From the NCBI GenBank assembly GCA_963823035.1, contig CAWGKG010000020.1, positions 1-64,000 of the forward strand: DNA of 64,000 nucleotides, given 5' to 3'. Below, one piece after another: positions 1 to 12,777 of this stretch. Positions within the stretch are counted from its first letter, which is position 1. Each line of letters opens with the position of its first letter. This DNA comes from an uncultured Gemmatimonadales bacterium. Lineage in GTDB: Bacteria > Gemmatimonadota > Gemmatimonadetes > Longimicrobiales > Gaopeijiaceae. The translations under genes and the position numbers were made by a program. The notes under the pieces are model-generated. The model did no database searches. It worked only from the letters and a program-made list of their open reading frames with translations, and was not told the DNA's origin.

Positions 1-660
1 CCATTCCCCGAGCGGTACCGGGCTCTCCTGGACCGTCCCTCGCCGGCCACGTGGCACTGGCTGCGGCTCTTCTACTACGGGGCTCGCTCGACCGCCTGGT
101 ACTACTCCCTGTTCCCCAAGGAGATGGTGGGGTCGCGACTGGCCGGCGACATCACGCCCGCCTACTCGACCCTCGATGCCCGCGGGGTGTCCTACGCCCG
201 CAGCGTTCTCAAGCCCAACTGCAGGGTGCTGCTCCTGGTGCGTAATCCGGTGGAGCGCTTCTGGTCGGGCATCAAGATGCTCTACCGGTGGAAGGCGGGG
301 AGCGTCCCGGTCGACGCTCCCGAGACCCTCTTGAGGGAGCTCGAGTCGCCCTCGCACCGCCTGCGCGGGGACTATCCCAGGATGGTGCGCCTGTGGCGGG
401 AGGCCTTCGGTGAGCAGTTCAGGGTCTTCCGCTACGACAGCCTCGTGAAGGACCCGGGGGCCCTCCTGACCGAGGTCGGCGACTACCTCGGCATCGAGGT
501 CGATACCCACCATCCGCGGCTGACGAAGCGATCCAACGTCGATCCCGCGCAGACGAGCATGCCCGAGGAGGTCACGGGCGATCTTGAACGGCCGCTATCG
601 GGAGGAGATCGAGGAGTTGGAGGCGCTGATTCCGGGCATCTCCGAGGGGTGGCGGCTTGA
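1..660 (+). CDS. PAPS-dependent sulfotransferase family protein (5' truncated by window edge)
   Basis: Frame 1 is open from base 1. It shows WYYSLF...GDITPAY and the 3'-phosphate-binding motif LLVRNPVERFWS. A probable indel lies near 580. Confidence 0.8.
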   Translation, partial: PFPERYRALLDRPSPATWHWLRLFYYGARSTAWYYSLFPKEMVGSRLAGDITPAYSTLDARGVSYARSVLKPNCRVLLLVRNPVERFWSGIKMLYRWKAGSVPVDAPETLLRELESPSHRLRGDYPRMVRLWREAFGEQFRVFRYDSLVKDPGALLTEVGDYLGIEVDTHHPRLTKRSNVDPAQTSMPEEVTGDLERPLSGGDRGVGGADSGHLRGVAA

Positions 661-676
661 CCGGGGGCACCCTCCG

Positions 677-1874
677 TTGAATCCGACCCACCCGCCCGCC
701 ATCGCGCTCGGATCCGGTGTGACGCTCCTGGGGGTGACACGAATCCTGGGGCGGCAGGGACTCCCCATGCGGGTGAGCGTCTCCGAGACGGACTTCGTGG
801 CGTCGTCACGCTGGCTCCCGCGAGATGCCCGACTCCCCGCGATCGGCCCCGGCGTCGACCTCCCGGAGTACCTGGCGAAGCTGCCTCTGGACGGAGGCGT
901 CCTGATCCCGTGCTCGGACGAGCTCGCGCTCGCCGTCGCGGAGCTGCCCGCCGACCTGGCGAAGCGCTTCCCCAGCTACCAGCCCGATGCGGCGGTGCTT
1001 CGACTCCTCGTCGACAAGGGTGAGTTCCTCGGTGCGCTGGTCGGCGCCGACATCCCCCACCCGCGCACGCACCTGGTGGAACGCGCCGACGACCTCGACG
1101 GCATCGGTGACGACGAGCTGCGGTTCGCCTTCGTCAAGCCCCGCGACTCGCAGCGCTTCCAGCGCGAATACGGCGTCAAGGGGTTGCACGCGAAGGGGCG
1201 GGAGGACCTCCGCGACGTCCTGTCGGAGCTCCTCGCGAAGGGGCACCGCCTGATGGTGCAGGAGTACGTGCCCGGTCCCGCGTCCAACCACTACTTCATC
1301 GACGGGTTCATGCTGGAAGGGGACGACACGCTCACCCTCCTCGCCCGGCAGCGGCTCCGGATGTACCCCGTCGATTTCGGGAACAGCACCTTCATGGTGT
1401 CCGTTCCTCCCGACGAGGTCGCCGGCGCGGTCGAGTCGCTCCGGCGCCTGCTGCGATCGCTCGGGTATCGTGGCATCTTCAGCGCCGAGTTCAAGCGGGA
1501 TTCGCGCGATGGCGTGTTCCGCATCATCGAGATCAACGCGCGCCCGTGGTGGTACGTGGAGTTCGCGGCCCGCGCGGGGTTCGACGTCGTGAAGCTCGCC
1601 TACCGCGCCGCCCTGGGACTCCCGCTCGATCCACCCGTCGGATACCAGATCGGCAAGACCATGATGTATCCCTACTACGACTACCCCGCCTGCCGGGCCC
1701 TCACGTCCGGGACGGGGAGCCGCGCTGCGGCGGTTCCTGACCGACCTCGCGGGCGCGGATCAACCCGTGTTCTGCTGGGACGATCCGGGCCCGTCGGTCC
1801 GGCACTGGGCTCGACAGATGCCGGGGATCGTGGCCCGGCGTCTCCCCGGCCGCCGCGCCGCGGCGTCGCGCTGA
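677..1874 (+). CDS. ATP-grasp carboxylate-amine ligase (D-aspartate-ligase-like)
   Basis: Motifs LIPCSD, FVKPRDS, MVQEYVPG and SAEFKRD..IIEINARPW. The C-terminal WDDPGP is in a shifted frame after ~1700. Confidence 0.8.
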
Positions 1875-1888
1875 GGTCGGCGGACACC

Positions 1889-2964
1889 ATGGGTGCCTCC
1901 TACTCCTGCGGCCTTCTGCCCGAAGCGCGCCACGACGAATGGACGCGCTTCGTCGAGCAGGCTCCCTTCGGGTAGCATCTACAACACGCCGGCGTATCTG
2001 GCCGCCCTGTGTTCGGCGACGGGTGGCCGTTTCAGGGTGCTCGCGGTCGAGAAGGGCGAGGAGATCGTGGGCGGTGTGGCTCTCTACGAGGAGGACACGC
2101 CCGGAGGCACGCGGGTCTCTCCACGCCTGCTCCTGTACTACAACGGTCCGGTGCTCGTCGGCCTCGATTCCCGGTATCCGTACCGGGCGACGTCGGAGCA
2201 CGTGCGCATCCTCGGGGAGCTGCAGGCGTGGCTGAGCGGCGCCGGCTACGGTCGTCTCACCCTGAAGTGCCCTCCCGGATTCCAGGACGTGCGCGCACTC
2301 GTGTCCGCGGGGTGGGCGGTCCGGCCGACGTGGTCGTACGTGGTGCCGATCGCCGACCTCGACGAGAGCTGGAGCCGCATCGAACAGAACCTCCGGCGCC
2401 TCGTCCGCCGCGCCGAGAAGGAGGGCATCACCGCCACCGAGGACGACGACTTCGAGAGCTTCTTCCGCCTCCATGCGTCGACGATGGATCGGAAGGACCG
2501 GGGGGTCTACCTGGGCGCGGACCGGTTCGAGCGCTACTACCGTGCCCTCTCCGAGCAGGGAAAGGCGACGCTCTTCCATGCCCGACTGGCGGACGGCACG
2601 GCGGTCGCCACCGCGCTCGTGCTCCTCGGCAATCATGCCGGTGGCCCACACGGTGTCGGCCGCGGCCGACCCCGAGCACCAGTCGCTCGGCACCAACCCC
2701 TTCCTTCGCTGGCGGAGCTTCCGGGCCCTTCACGAGCGGGGGTTCCGCGGGCGTCGACCTCACGGACGCGACCCTCAATCCCGTCACGCGGTTCAAGGGC
2801 CAGCTCGGAGGCGATCTGGTGATGTCGCTGGAGGTCGACGCGCCGCGCACGGCTCGCTTCCGTCGCTGGGAGAGCGACGAGTCGCGTCTACGGGCGCCTC
2901 AGGGCGATGCCCGGCTCGGTCGTCAGGCGCGTGCTCGGCGCACGGAGGGGACGGAGCGACATGA
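1889..2964 (+). CDS. FemAB-like GNAT acyl/aminoacyltransferase (frameshifted)
   Basis: Segments WTRFVEQAP/GSIYNTPAY, LRRLVRRAEKEG and VDLTD..NPVTRFKGQLGG lie across frames. ATGA overlap with the next gene. Confidence 0.7.
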
Positions 2965-4687
2965 CGGGCCTGGACGCTCTTTGCGCCAGCCTCGCGACGC
3001 TCGGCGTCCGCCACGTCTTCGGACTGCCGGGCACGCAGAATGCCGATTTCTTCGGCGCGCTGCCGGATCACGGGATCCGTCCCGTCCTGGCCACGCACGA
3101 GCTGTCCGCCTCGTTCATGGCGAACGGGTACGCGCGGGCGTCGGGCCGGGTGGGCGTGCTCGCCACCATCCCGGGCCCCGGCTTCACGTTCGCCCTGCCG
3201 GGCCTGGCCGAAGCTCGCCTCGACTCGGTGCCGCTCCTCCACCTGGTGGGCACGCCCGCCAAGGGGACGAAGCGCTTCCTGCACCAGGCGATCGATCAGG
3301 CGGGCATCGCGCGCCCCCTCGTCAAGGCGGTCGTCGAGCTGGACAGCGTGGGCGGGATCTCAGCGCGCGTGCGCGAGGCCCATCGCCTTGCGCTCGCCGG
3401 GGAGCCGGGGCCGGTGCTCCTCCATCTCGATCCGGCGGTCCTGGGCGCCGACGCCGCTCCCGATGCGCGGGCGTCGACCTCCGAGGCGGAGGCGGCTCGC
3501 CCGCCCGCACCGGAGTGGATGGCTCCGCTCCGTCGGCTGCTGGCCGCCTCCAAGCGCCCCGTGCTCTTCGTCGGGCGGGGGCGCGCTGGGGTGTGCCGCG
3601 GCCGTCGAACAGCTCGCTGAACGGCTGGGCGCGCCGACGTTCACGACGCTGACGGCGAGGGGGGTCCTCGCGGAGGACCACCCGTGCTCGCTGGCCTTCG
3701 ATGCCGACCGGGGCGGGCTCGCGGAGCTGAACGCCCTCCTCGATCTCTCCGATCTCGTGCTCGCCCTGGGATGCAAGTTCAGCCACAACGGGACGTCCGG
3801 ATTCCGGATCCACCTTCCCCCGGACCGGCTCGTCCATGTGAACGCGGATCGCGAGGCGCTCGGGTCGAGCTTCCCGGCCCGGCTCGAGATCCAGGCGGAC
3901 GTCGGGGAAGTGCTCGATCGTCTCCTCGACGAAGCCTCCGGGGATCTCGCGCCCCGGTGGACGCCGGCGGAGCTGGCCGAGCTCAAGGCGGGCATCGGCC
4001 GGGTCCGGGAGCCACGCGTGCCGGAGCCACGCTTCGCCGGGATCCCCGGCCACGACGCCGAAGCGTTCTTCCGGGCGCTCCGCCGGGCGCTGCCGAGAGA
4101 GGCCGTCGTCGTCACGGACTCCGGGCTCCACCAGGTCATGACGCGACGGTACTTCGAGGTCGCTGAGCCCACGGGGCCTCATCGCGCCGGCCGACTTCCA
4201 ATCGATGGGGTTCGGCATCCCCGCCGCGCTCGGCGCCGCGTTGGCCGAGCCCTCCAGGCCCGTCGTGGCCATCGTGGGAGACGGCGGGTTCCTCATGTCG
4301 GCCATGGACCTCGCGTGCGCCGCCAGGGAGGAGATTCCCGTCGTCGTCATCGTCTTCAACGACGGCTACCTGAACCTGATCCGCATGCAGCAGCTACAGG
4401 ATCGTGGCCGCGGCTCGGCGGTCGAGCTCGCCACGCCGGATCTGGAGATCTTCGCCGAAGCGATCTCCGTCGACTACGGCCTTCTCGAAGGCGACGTCGA
4501 GTCGACGATCCGTGCCGCGGTGTCGTCGAGGGCACCCACGCTCCTCGAGGTGCGACTCGGCGATTCGCTCGGGATCCAGGCCCGGCGCGCCGGAGGGCTC
4601 GCTCGGGCGACGGCGCGCCGAACGGTGGGCGGGACCGTCCTCGGCCGCGCGCTCAAGCGCGTGAGGCGGATGCTCAGGGGAAGGTGA
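2961..4687 (+). CDS. ThDP-dependent enzyme, acetolactate-synthase-like (frameshifted)
   Basis: VFGLPGTQN, THELSASFMANGYAR, MGFGIPAALG and the ThDP motif GDGGFLM...ND. Pieces are ORFs 2907-3620, 3040-5154 and 4205-4687. Confidence 0.85.
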
Positions 4688-4711
4688 GTCGGGAGGGGCG
4701 CCGGGCGCGCC

Positions 4712-5844
4712 CTAGGCCTTCCGGAGAACCCTGTCGTAGAGCTCCGCGTAGCGTTCCACCATGCGCTCCAGGGAGAAGTCGCGGAGCACGCGCTCCCGGG
4801 CCGCTCGGCCCATCTGCGCGGCACGGTCGGGCGACCGGAGCATCTCCTCGATCCCCCCGGCGAGCGCGGCGGGATCGCGGGGAGGAACGAGAATGCCGGA
4901 CCGGCCGTCGTCGACGATCGTCTCCGGACCACCGGATCGGGTCACCACCACAGGGAGGCCCGTCGCCATCGCCTGCACGGTGGAGAGCGAGAAGCCCTCG
5001 TCGCTGGACGACAGCACGAACACGTCGAGCGCCTTCAGGATGTCGGGGATATCCTCGCGGAACCCCAGGAACGTGGCCGCCCCTTCGAGGTCCAGGGAGC
5101 GACGGAGGCGAAGCAGATCCTCGTAGAGGGCGGCTTGCGGGTGTCCAGCGATGACGAGGTGCGCTTCGGGATGCGACTTCCGCACCAGTGCGAAGGCACG
5201 CAGGAGGTTGTCGTAGCCCTTCGGGCCGGCGGATGTTGCCGACCGCTCCTACCAGCGGCGCCCCGTCGGGGAGGTCGAGCTCGCGACGCAGCGCATCGTT
5301 CCTGCCCGGCGCGAAAGCGAACGCAGTCGATGCCGTTCGGGATGACCTCGGTGCCGGCCCGGTCCAGCCCCACCTCGGGCGAGCGGAAGTACTCCCGTAG
5401 CGGCTCGGAGACGAAGACCAGCCTGTTCGCGCGACCACCGAAGCACCCGGAGCTTGGCGCGGCTCATCCCCTGATTGGGCCGGACGTCGGCCATGCCGTG
5501 GAAGGTGCTGACGACGCCGAGGCGCGTTCCCAGACATGCGATCGCGGCGTACACGGAGGATGCGAGGAGGTGCGTCTGGACGAGATCGACGCCCTCCGGC
5601 CTTCGCCATCCGGCGAATCGCCGCCGCGTACGCGACGTCGAAGGAGCGATGCGTGGCCAGCTTCCGCGGGGTCGACGCCCTCCCGGCGGAGCGCCTCCGC
5701 CAGCCAGTCCTCGACCGGCACGACGCCCACGGAGTCCCATCCGTACTTCGGGAGACCGGTCACGAGCTGGAGGAAGATCGTCTCCGCGCCACCCGGACCC
5801 CCGGTGTCGATGAGGTGGAGCGCCCTCCGTCGGCGTTCGGCCAT
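4712..5844 (-). CDS. GT4 glycosyltransferase (frameshifted)
   Basis: HLIDTGGPGGAE at the N-terminus; DVFVLSSSDEGFSLSTVQAMATGLPVV at the C-terminus. Confidence 0.85.
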
Positions 5845-5848
5845 CCGG

Positions 5849-6811
5849 CTACGAGAGGCTCGGCTGCTCGCGGAACCACTCCAGGAAGCTACGGATCCCG
5901 TCGCGGAACTCGGTCGTCGGCCGATAGCCGAGGAGGGCCTTGGCCTTGCTCACGTCGCGAACGTGCGCTCGACGTCGCCGGGCTGCTGCGGGAGCTGCTG
6001 GATGGTGGGCTGCACGGCCAGCTCCTCGGCGAGCGTGTCGATCATCTCGCGCAGCCGCACCGTGCGGCTCTCGCCCAGGTTCACGATCTCGAACACCGGG
6101 TCGGGGGCCCTGACGAAATCGAGTGCGCCCGTCACTCCCTGGAGGATGTCGCTGATATACGTGTAGTCCCGCTCCGTGGTCCCGTCTCCGAACATCGTGA
6201 TGGGCGCACCGTCCCTCATCAGGCGGGCGAACTTGTGGATCGCCAGGTCCGGTCGCTGCCGCGGCCCGTACACGGTGAAGAACCTCAGCGCGACCACGGA
6301 CAAACCGAACAGGTGGTGGTAGGTGTGGCAGAACAGCTCCCCGGACCGCTTGGTCGCCGCGTAGGGAGAGATCGGGTTGTCCACCAGGTCGCTCTCGGAG
6401 AACGGACCCTCTGCGCGGTTCCCGTAGACGGAGGAGGAGGAGGCGAAGACCAGGTTCCTGATGCCGCGGGCTCCTCATCCACTCGAGGAGGGTGACCGTC
6501 CCGCCCAGGTTCACGCTCGTATAGAGCTCCGGGATCCGCGATCGAGGGGCGCACGCCCGCGCGCGCCGCCAGATGGACCACGGCGTCCACCGAGTCCGGT
6601 AGGCCGCGCAGCGCGTCGCGTCGCGCAGGTCCATCCGGGCTTCGTGGAATCCGGCATGCTCGCGCGCGGCCGTGAGGTTCCGCTCCTTGACCGCCGGGTC
6701 GTAGAAGTCGTCGAAGCAATCGAGGCCCACGACCTCGTGGCCCTCCGCCAGAAGGCGCTCCGTGAGATGCGATCCGATGAATCCGGCGGCTCCGGTCACC
6801 AGGACGGACAT
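5849..6811 (-). CDS. NAD-dependent NDP-sugar epimerase (UDP-glucuronate 4-epimerase-like)
   Basis: [31 protein letters not shown] and [19 protein letters not shown]. Confidence 0.88.
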   Translation of the reverse strand: MSVLVTGAAGFIGSHLTERLLAEGHEVVGLDCFDDFYDPAVKERNLTAAREHAGFHEARMDLRDATRCAAYRTRWTPWSIWRRARACAPRSRIPELYTSVNLGGTVTLLEWMRSPRHQEPGLRLLLLRLREPRRGSVLRERPGGQPDLSLRGDQAVRGAVLPHLPPPVRFVRGRAEVLHRVRAAAATGPGDPQVRPPDEGRCAHHDVRRRDHGAGLHVYQRHPPGSDGRTRFRQGPRPGVRDREPGREPHGAAARDDRHARRGAGRAAHHPAAPAAARRRRAHVRDVSKAKALLGYRPTTEFRDGIRSFLEWFREQPSLS

Positions 6812-6873
6812 GGTATCGCTCCAGTTGCCTCGTTGGGCTGTCGCGTCGGCGTGCGTATGCATGCGATCCACGT

Positions 6874-8211
6874 CTACTTCGATGCGAGAGCGGCTTCGTA
6901 GACCTGCATGACCGTTTCCCCGTAGGCCTCGGCCCCGTAGCGCCCGACGAGCTTGTCTCGGGCCAGGTCTCCCATCCCGCGTCGACGGTCGGGGTCCTGC
7001 AGCAACTCCACGAGGCGGGCCGCGAACACCTCCGCGTCGGTCGGGTCCACGACGAATCCATCGATCCCGTCGTCGATGAACTCCTTCGGCCCGCCGAGAT
7101 GCGAGGCGACCAGCGGAACGCCGTGGCTCATCGCCTCGAAGATGACCCGTCCGGAGGGCTCGGGCGCGATCGACGCGTGCGCCACGATGTCCACGGCTTC
7201 GTAGTGTGCGTCCACGTCGTTCACGTAGCCCGTGAATCGAACACGATCCTGCAGTCCGCACTCGGCGATGAGGGACTCGACCTCGTCTGCGTACTTCCGC
7301 TCACCGTCCGAGATGTCGCCCACGATGAGAAACCACGCGTCGGGTACCTCCTTCGACGCCATGGCCGCGGCACGCACGAACTCCTTCTGACCCTTCCAGG
7401 GGATGATCCTCCCGAACATCCCCACCACGGGGACGTCGGGCGGGATCCCGTACCGTCGGCGCGTCTCCAGGCCGACGCTGTCCTCCGTCGCGTCGGGAAT
7501 GGCGGGCGGCGTGGCCGCGACGACCAGCTCCGGCGGCACGCCGTCTTCGATCGCCCGCGAGCGCACGTACTCGGACACGGAGACGCAGTAGCACGGGTGC
7601 CGATCGGAAGAGGAGGCGCTCGATGTTGAGGAGGCGAGGGAAGTAGCCGCGGAAGAACCGTGACCGTCCGCTTGCCCAGCAACGCGCATACGATGGCGGC
7701 CTCGTCGTTCCCCCACCCGTTGTTCATCTGCACGAGGTCGACGCGGTACCTCAGGATCGTGTACAGCACCTTCAGCATGTACGGCACGTTGACCAGGAGC
7801 CGTGTCCCGTAGATCGCCATGACCAGGAGCTTCTTCAACGGGCCGCTCCGCCCGGTGAGCAGAGCGCTCTTGAGGGTCGCCATCCTCTTGTAGTCGAAGA
7901 TCTTCCTGGCCACCACGACCGGCGTGAAGGCGTTGGCCTCCTTGAGCTTGCTCCGCACGTGCTCCTCGGAGGCCGCCGTGGCGAAGACAGCCCGGAAGCG
8001 CCGCGCGATCCAGGACGCGAATCAGCGCGGCCGTGGAGACGATGGAACCACCGAACGTCACGGCCTCGTCCAGGATGAGGACCGTTCGCGGCCTGGACGG
8101 TGCCTGTCCCTGCTCGTCGTGCTGAGAGCGACGCTGCTGATCCAAGGGATCCGGGTCAAGAGGAGGCGGTGGGCGCTCCACGGGCGCGCCGGCTTCGTGC
8201 AGGGCCGGCAT
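6874..8211 (-). CDS. GT4 glycosyltransferase (frameshifted)
   Basis: [12 protein letters not shown] and [21 protein letters not shown]-terminal DEAVTFGGS. Confidence 0.8.
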   Translation of the reverse strand: MPALHEAGAPVERPPPPLDPDPLDQQRRSQHDEQGQAPSRPRTVLILDEAVTFGGSIVSTAALIRVLDRAALPGCLRHGGLRGARAEQAQGGQRLHAGRGGQEDLRLQEDGDPQERSAHRAERPVEEAPGHGDLRDTAPGQRAVHAEGAVHDPEVPRRPRADEQRVGERRGRHRMRVAGQADGHGSSAATSLASSTSSASSSDRHPCYCVSVSEYVRSRAIEDGVPPELVVAATPPAIPDATEDSVGLETRRRYGIPPDVPVVGMFGRIIPWKGQKEFVRAAAMASKEVPDAWFLIVGDISDGERKYADEVESLIAECGLQDRVRFTGYVNDVDAHYEAVDIVAHASIAPEPSGRVIFEAMSHGVPLVASHLGGPKEFIDDGIDGFVVDPTDAEVFAARLVELLQDPDRRRGMGDLARDKLVGRYGAEAYGETVMQVYEAALASK

Positions 8212-8270
8212 CACGGTGCATCCACCCTGGAAGGTGGCTTCTCGTCGACAGCACTGCAATGTTGGGGCCG

Positions 8271-9678
8271 CTACCGGACCGGGAGGACCGCCGACGGCGG
8301 AGCAGGACTCCCGAGCGGCGCGAGCCGGGGAACCGCGGCCCGGGCCCGAGCCCGCCGTGCGCTCCGCTCCGTGATGAGGTACACGGCGGCCGTGAAGCTC
8401 AGGTTCATCCAGAAGAACGGATAGTACAATACCGTCACGAAGAAACCCGCGACCAGGTACCCCACAAGGGCCGCATCGAGCCCGAACGCGAACGTCCGCA
8501 GGAACGGGCCCCACTCGGGGATCACCTTCGCTCGTTTTCGGGTGCGGTGGTTGGCCACGAGCGTCCCACCGATGAGCAGGACGAAGCCCATCAGGCCCGT
8601 GTACCCCAGCTCGGCGCCCGCCTCGATGAAGATGTTGTGGGGCACCTGTCCCCTGGGGTTGTAGTAGCGACGGTAGTAGGGATACCAGTTCTCGTAGCCG
8701 ACGCCCAACGCCGGGTGATCGTGCATGATCTTGAGCCCGTCTTTCCAGTACTCCAGCCTGACCACGGACGTCTTGTCCTCGCCCATCTCGTTGAACCGTT
8801 CCTTCTGTTCGGGCGGAACGAGGAACCACAAGGCGGGGAGGAGGACGCCGACGAGAATGAAGCCTCGCCACCTCCTGCGACTCTGGCCGTTCACCACGAG
8901 TAGCGTCATGGCGCCGGCGAGCTGACCACCGCGGGACGAAGACGCCACGATGGACAGGGCCGCCGTTCCCGGCAGGAGGGCCAGAAGCCCATACGTCTTC
9001 CACTTCGGCCACCTGTCGCGCAGGGCGAGGATCATATGCAGCGACATGGGCAACATGATGGCCATCTGGATCGCGAACTCGCCCGAGTTCTCGAACCATC
9101 CCGGCGCCCCGGTCGCTCCCCAGTCCGCGAAGCCGAAGCCGCGCGCAGACCAGGATCCGCGTTCCGTGCTGCGACATCTTGAGGCTCCACAGCAGGAACG
9201 TCAGGAAGAACAGGAACAGGCGCTTCTCCGTCGTGATGATGACCGTGCAGAGGTAGTAGAGAAGCAGCCAGTTCACGTACGGAAGGAGGTGCGCGATCGC
9301 CCATCTCGGATCGTAGGCGACCGCGATCGAGGCCAACACGATCCCGGTGTACAGCAGCAGCAGGCCGTCCAGGAAGAAGAACCGCCGCCTGCTCGCCGGC
9401 TCGAAGAACGACGCCAGAAGGGCGAGCGCGATCGTCACCTGGCCCCACGGAACCACGTCGAGGCCCGGGTAGACCTGCTGCGGACGCACGTACTCGATCA
9501 TCAGGTACAGGCACAGGGCCCAGAAGGCGACCGACTCCTTCCGGAAGGCCGTCCAGAGCGCGCGACGGCTGAAGCTCGAGCAGCGGCCCGAGTGGCCGGT
9601 TGTCCCCGACGGGGTCTCATCGAATGGGGAGGTACGGCGAGGGGAGGGTCCTAGAAGACACGATGTCTCCAATATCAT
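8271..9678 (-). CDS. O-antigen ligase / Wzy-like polymerase
   Basis: Multi-TM protein with EYVRPQ, SSSRGG, RLEYW..G, LGVGYENW and PHNIFIEAGAELG. Frameshift near 9150. Confidence 0.82.
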
Positions 9679-9719
9679 AGCTCGCGCGGCGCGTGGGCAA
9701 CGTCGTTGGCGGACGCCGC

Positions 9720-10960
9720 TCAGCGGCTGTCTCAGCAGGTCGCGGAACCAGTTGGCCGACTCGCGGAGGAACGGGCCCGGATCGCTCGGCCTCAGCACCT
9801 CGAACCGGTCTCCGGGTCTCCAGGGCACCAGGAAGCGCGACAGCGCGCGCAGGCGCCCGGGAAGGTCGGGGTGCGCGGCGCGCACCCTTCGGGGCGTCCT
9901 GAGAATCCACAGAAGGTGATCCACATCCCCCCAGAACCACCTACAACGTATCCCCTCCCGGAACGAGTCGATCGCTTCGCATGGCTCGCCGAGAGCGGCG
10001 CGGATGAGCATCTGCGGGAAGTCGACGCCGGCGTCGATCGCCAGTTGCAGCGATCCCCAGAGCCGTCCGTTGATCTCCATGAGGTAGGGCGACGCCCGTG
10101 CGCGCGTCCTGCTTGAACTCGACCATCGCCGCACCGCGCCAACGGAAGTGGGCCAGGAGACGCTCCGAGTACTCCCTGAGGTCCGGCGCGACGGCCACGG
10201 CCTCCCGGTAGACGCTCACGCCCCCCGTTGGTGGTTTCTCGCGTATCCGCCTGTGCGCGAATGCGGCGAGCGTCCGGCCCTCCCACGCGAGGAGGAAGAC
10301 GCCCAGGCCGGGGCCGACGATCCGCTCCTGGACGAGCATCGGATAGGCCCGCTCGGGATATCTCCGGAGGGCCTCCCGAAGGCCGTCCGCATCCGTGACG
10401 ATGGTGACCCCGAACTTGCGGACGCCCTCGTCGGTCGAGACGGCCGACCGCGCGGGCTTCAACACGAGCGGGAATCCGAAGTCGTCGAGGAGCTCCGTGT
10501 CGGCCTGCGGGGGTTCCTCGATCAGCACGCCGCGAGGAATGGGCACGCCGATCTCCGCGGCGACGCGCACCAGTCCGACCTTGTCGGAGATGGCCCGGTA
10601 GTCCGAGAGCTCCGGGAAGGGGATGACGAGGTCGGGATGGCTCTCTCGGAGGGAGAGCACCAGAGGTGCGGACACGTCCGTCATCGGGAGCACGATCTCG
10701 ATCCCTTCGCGCTCCACGGCGTCCGCGATAGCCTGGACGAAGGCGGAGGGGTCGACGAGCGGATCGGGGACCCTCAGGGACTTCCTGCAGAAGCGCGAGG
10801 CTCCCGCCAGGGGGCGGGGGCTGGCAGAGCACGCCAGAACCTCATGGCCTGCACGGCCGAGGGACCGCACCGCCGCGAGGCTGGAGCGTTGCTCGGCATC
10901 GGTGACCAGGACTCGGGCCAAGGCGCGCAGGCGGCGGGGAGGGGAGGGCCGGGGGGACAC
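9720..10960 (-). CDS. ATP-grasp domain protein (second copy)
   Basis: VLVTDAEQRSSLAAVRSLG, LVLKPARS, VQERIVG, AMVEFK and MEINGRLWGSLQLAIDAGVDFP. The 3' end is approximate. Confidence 0.82.
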
Positions 10961-11360
10961 CGACGACGAATCCTAGCAGCTTCCCTCATCCGCGAGAACG
11001 GGTCGGGACCTGGGCTCGCGGGGGCCTTCGACGCCTCGTGGTCCCGCAACCTCGGTGGCGGCAGAGTTCTTGATTCTCCCCTGCCCTGAATTAGGGTACA
11101 CCAGACAAGCGGGCGGGGCCTCGCCTTCCCTGCGTTCCCGATATCCTCCGGGCAGCTTCAGCCTTTGGGATCCTCTGAGGAATCGATCGGAAGTCGGTCG
11201 GATCCTCGGATAGCCCACGTGGCGCCCGTGCGGCCGTAGTGGAACCGTCAAGTGGTGATGCTGGAGATCATCGATCTCGGGCCTTTGATTCGGACGCTGA
11301 GAATCGTGGCTCACGCTCCAAACCTGAAGGCACGCGCGGCGGCTAGCGCGGGAGTCATCA

Positions 11361-12777
11361 TTGGAAACCGTCTATCGACGTAGCCCGGCGTGGGCGCAGG
11401 AAGTGATGCTCAACGCCTACGCGATGCGCGTAGGCTGGCATCGCTATGGTAGACGGTATCGACGGGCGGTGAAGAAACTGCTCGAGCAGGACCGTTGGTC
11501 GCGCGAACGAATGCGTTCTTATCAGGATGAGCGGGTCCGAATGCTCGTCAGACTCGCGTACGACAAGACCAAGTACTATCGCCGGGTCATGGACGGCCAG
11601 GGGATCACGCCCGGCGATATTCGGGGCGTTGAGGATCTTCGGCTTCTGCCGATCCTGCACAAGTCGGATGTGCGGTCGTCGGAAAAGTCGATGATGACGG
11701 AGTCCCGTCCTCCCGAGGGTGGCTTCACGGGCATACGAGCGGGACTACCGGCAGCCCACTCGGGCTCTGGTACGACCGGCGTACTTGTATCCAAACCAAC
11801 GCGGTGGACCGAAGGCAGAAGATCTGGGGAGGGATGCGGGATGGTGACTGGATCGGCGTCTTCCTCGGGCGGGTGGTCGTGCCACCTCAAGCCGGAAGGG
11901 CCCTACTGGCGGGCCAATCACATCCAGCGCCAGGTCTGGTTCTCGAGCTTCCACATGGGCGATGACCGCCTACATGCCTATGCGGAGGAGATCCGTCGAC
12001 GAAAGCTCCGCTTCCTCGAAGGCTATCCCGTCGACATCTGTTCATTCTAGCGCGCCACCTCTTCGACCGTGGGAAGCGGCTTGCCATGAGCTCCGTATTC
12101 ACGTCGTCGGAGACCCTCCACAGGGTTCAACGCGAGACCATTCGCGAGGCCTTCGAGTGCGAGGTCTTTGACTTCTACGGGCATGCCGAACGGACCATCT
12201 TCGCTTCGGAGTGCGAGGCGCACCAGGGGCGTCACATCGCCGAGGAGTACGGCTTCGTCGAGAGTCGTCGATACTGCCGGCAAGGCGGTCAAGCCCGGCG
12301 AACTGGGCTACCTTGTCGGAACGAGTCTGCACAACACGGCGATGCCCATGATCCGGTATCGCACCGGTGACATTTCGAGCATCGACGAGACTCCGTGTGT
12401 CTGCGGGAGAACATCGCGGCGAATCGCCGACGTCACCACGAAGGCCGAGGATATCCTGGTGACGCCGGATGGTCGCCTCATCTCTCCCTCCATCTTGACG
12501 CACCCCTTCAAGCCGTTCGACGGCCTGAAGACGGTCTCAGATCATTCAGGAGATCCGAAACGCTCGTCCGAGTGAAGCTCGTGCCCGGCGGGGCTTTTCC
12601 GAAGCCGATCGCGGTCAACTCGCGCGCGGGCTCGAGGAGCGCCTCGGTCCGGGGATGCGCATCGTGATCGAAGAGGTAGCAGACATTCCCCGGAGGCCTC
12701 CGGCAAGTACCGCTGGGTGATCTCGAAGGTAGATCATTCCAGGCGTGTCGATTGGGGCAAGAGGAGGAAGGCCATGA
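11361..12777 (+). CDS. CapK / phenylacetate-CoA-ligase-like adenylate-forming enzyme, copy 1 (several frameshifts)
   Basis: HTSGTTG loop (in a shifted frame), FDFYGHAE, MPMIRYRTGD and GKYRWVISKV. Confidence 0.82.

Noticed and set aside
6874..10134. 1086-aa ATP-grasp/ligase/GT fusion
   Set aside because: It is a patchwork of three genes linked through out-of-frame stretches.
10961..11360. Lower-GC intergenic region as an IS scar or ncRNA
   Set aside because: No terminal repeats, transposase remnant or recognisable RNA motif; it is most simply a divergent promoter region.
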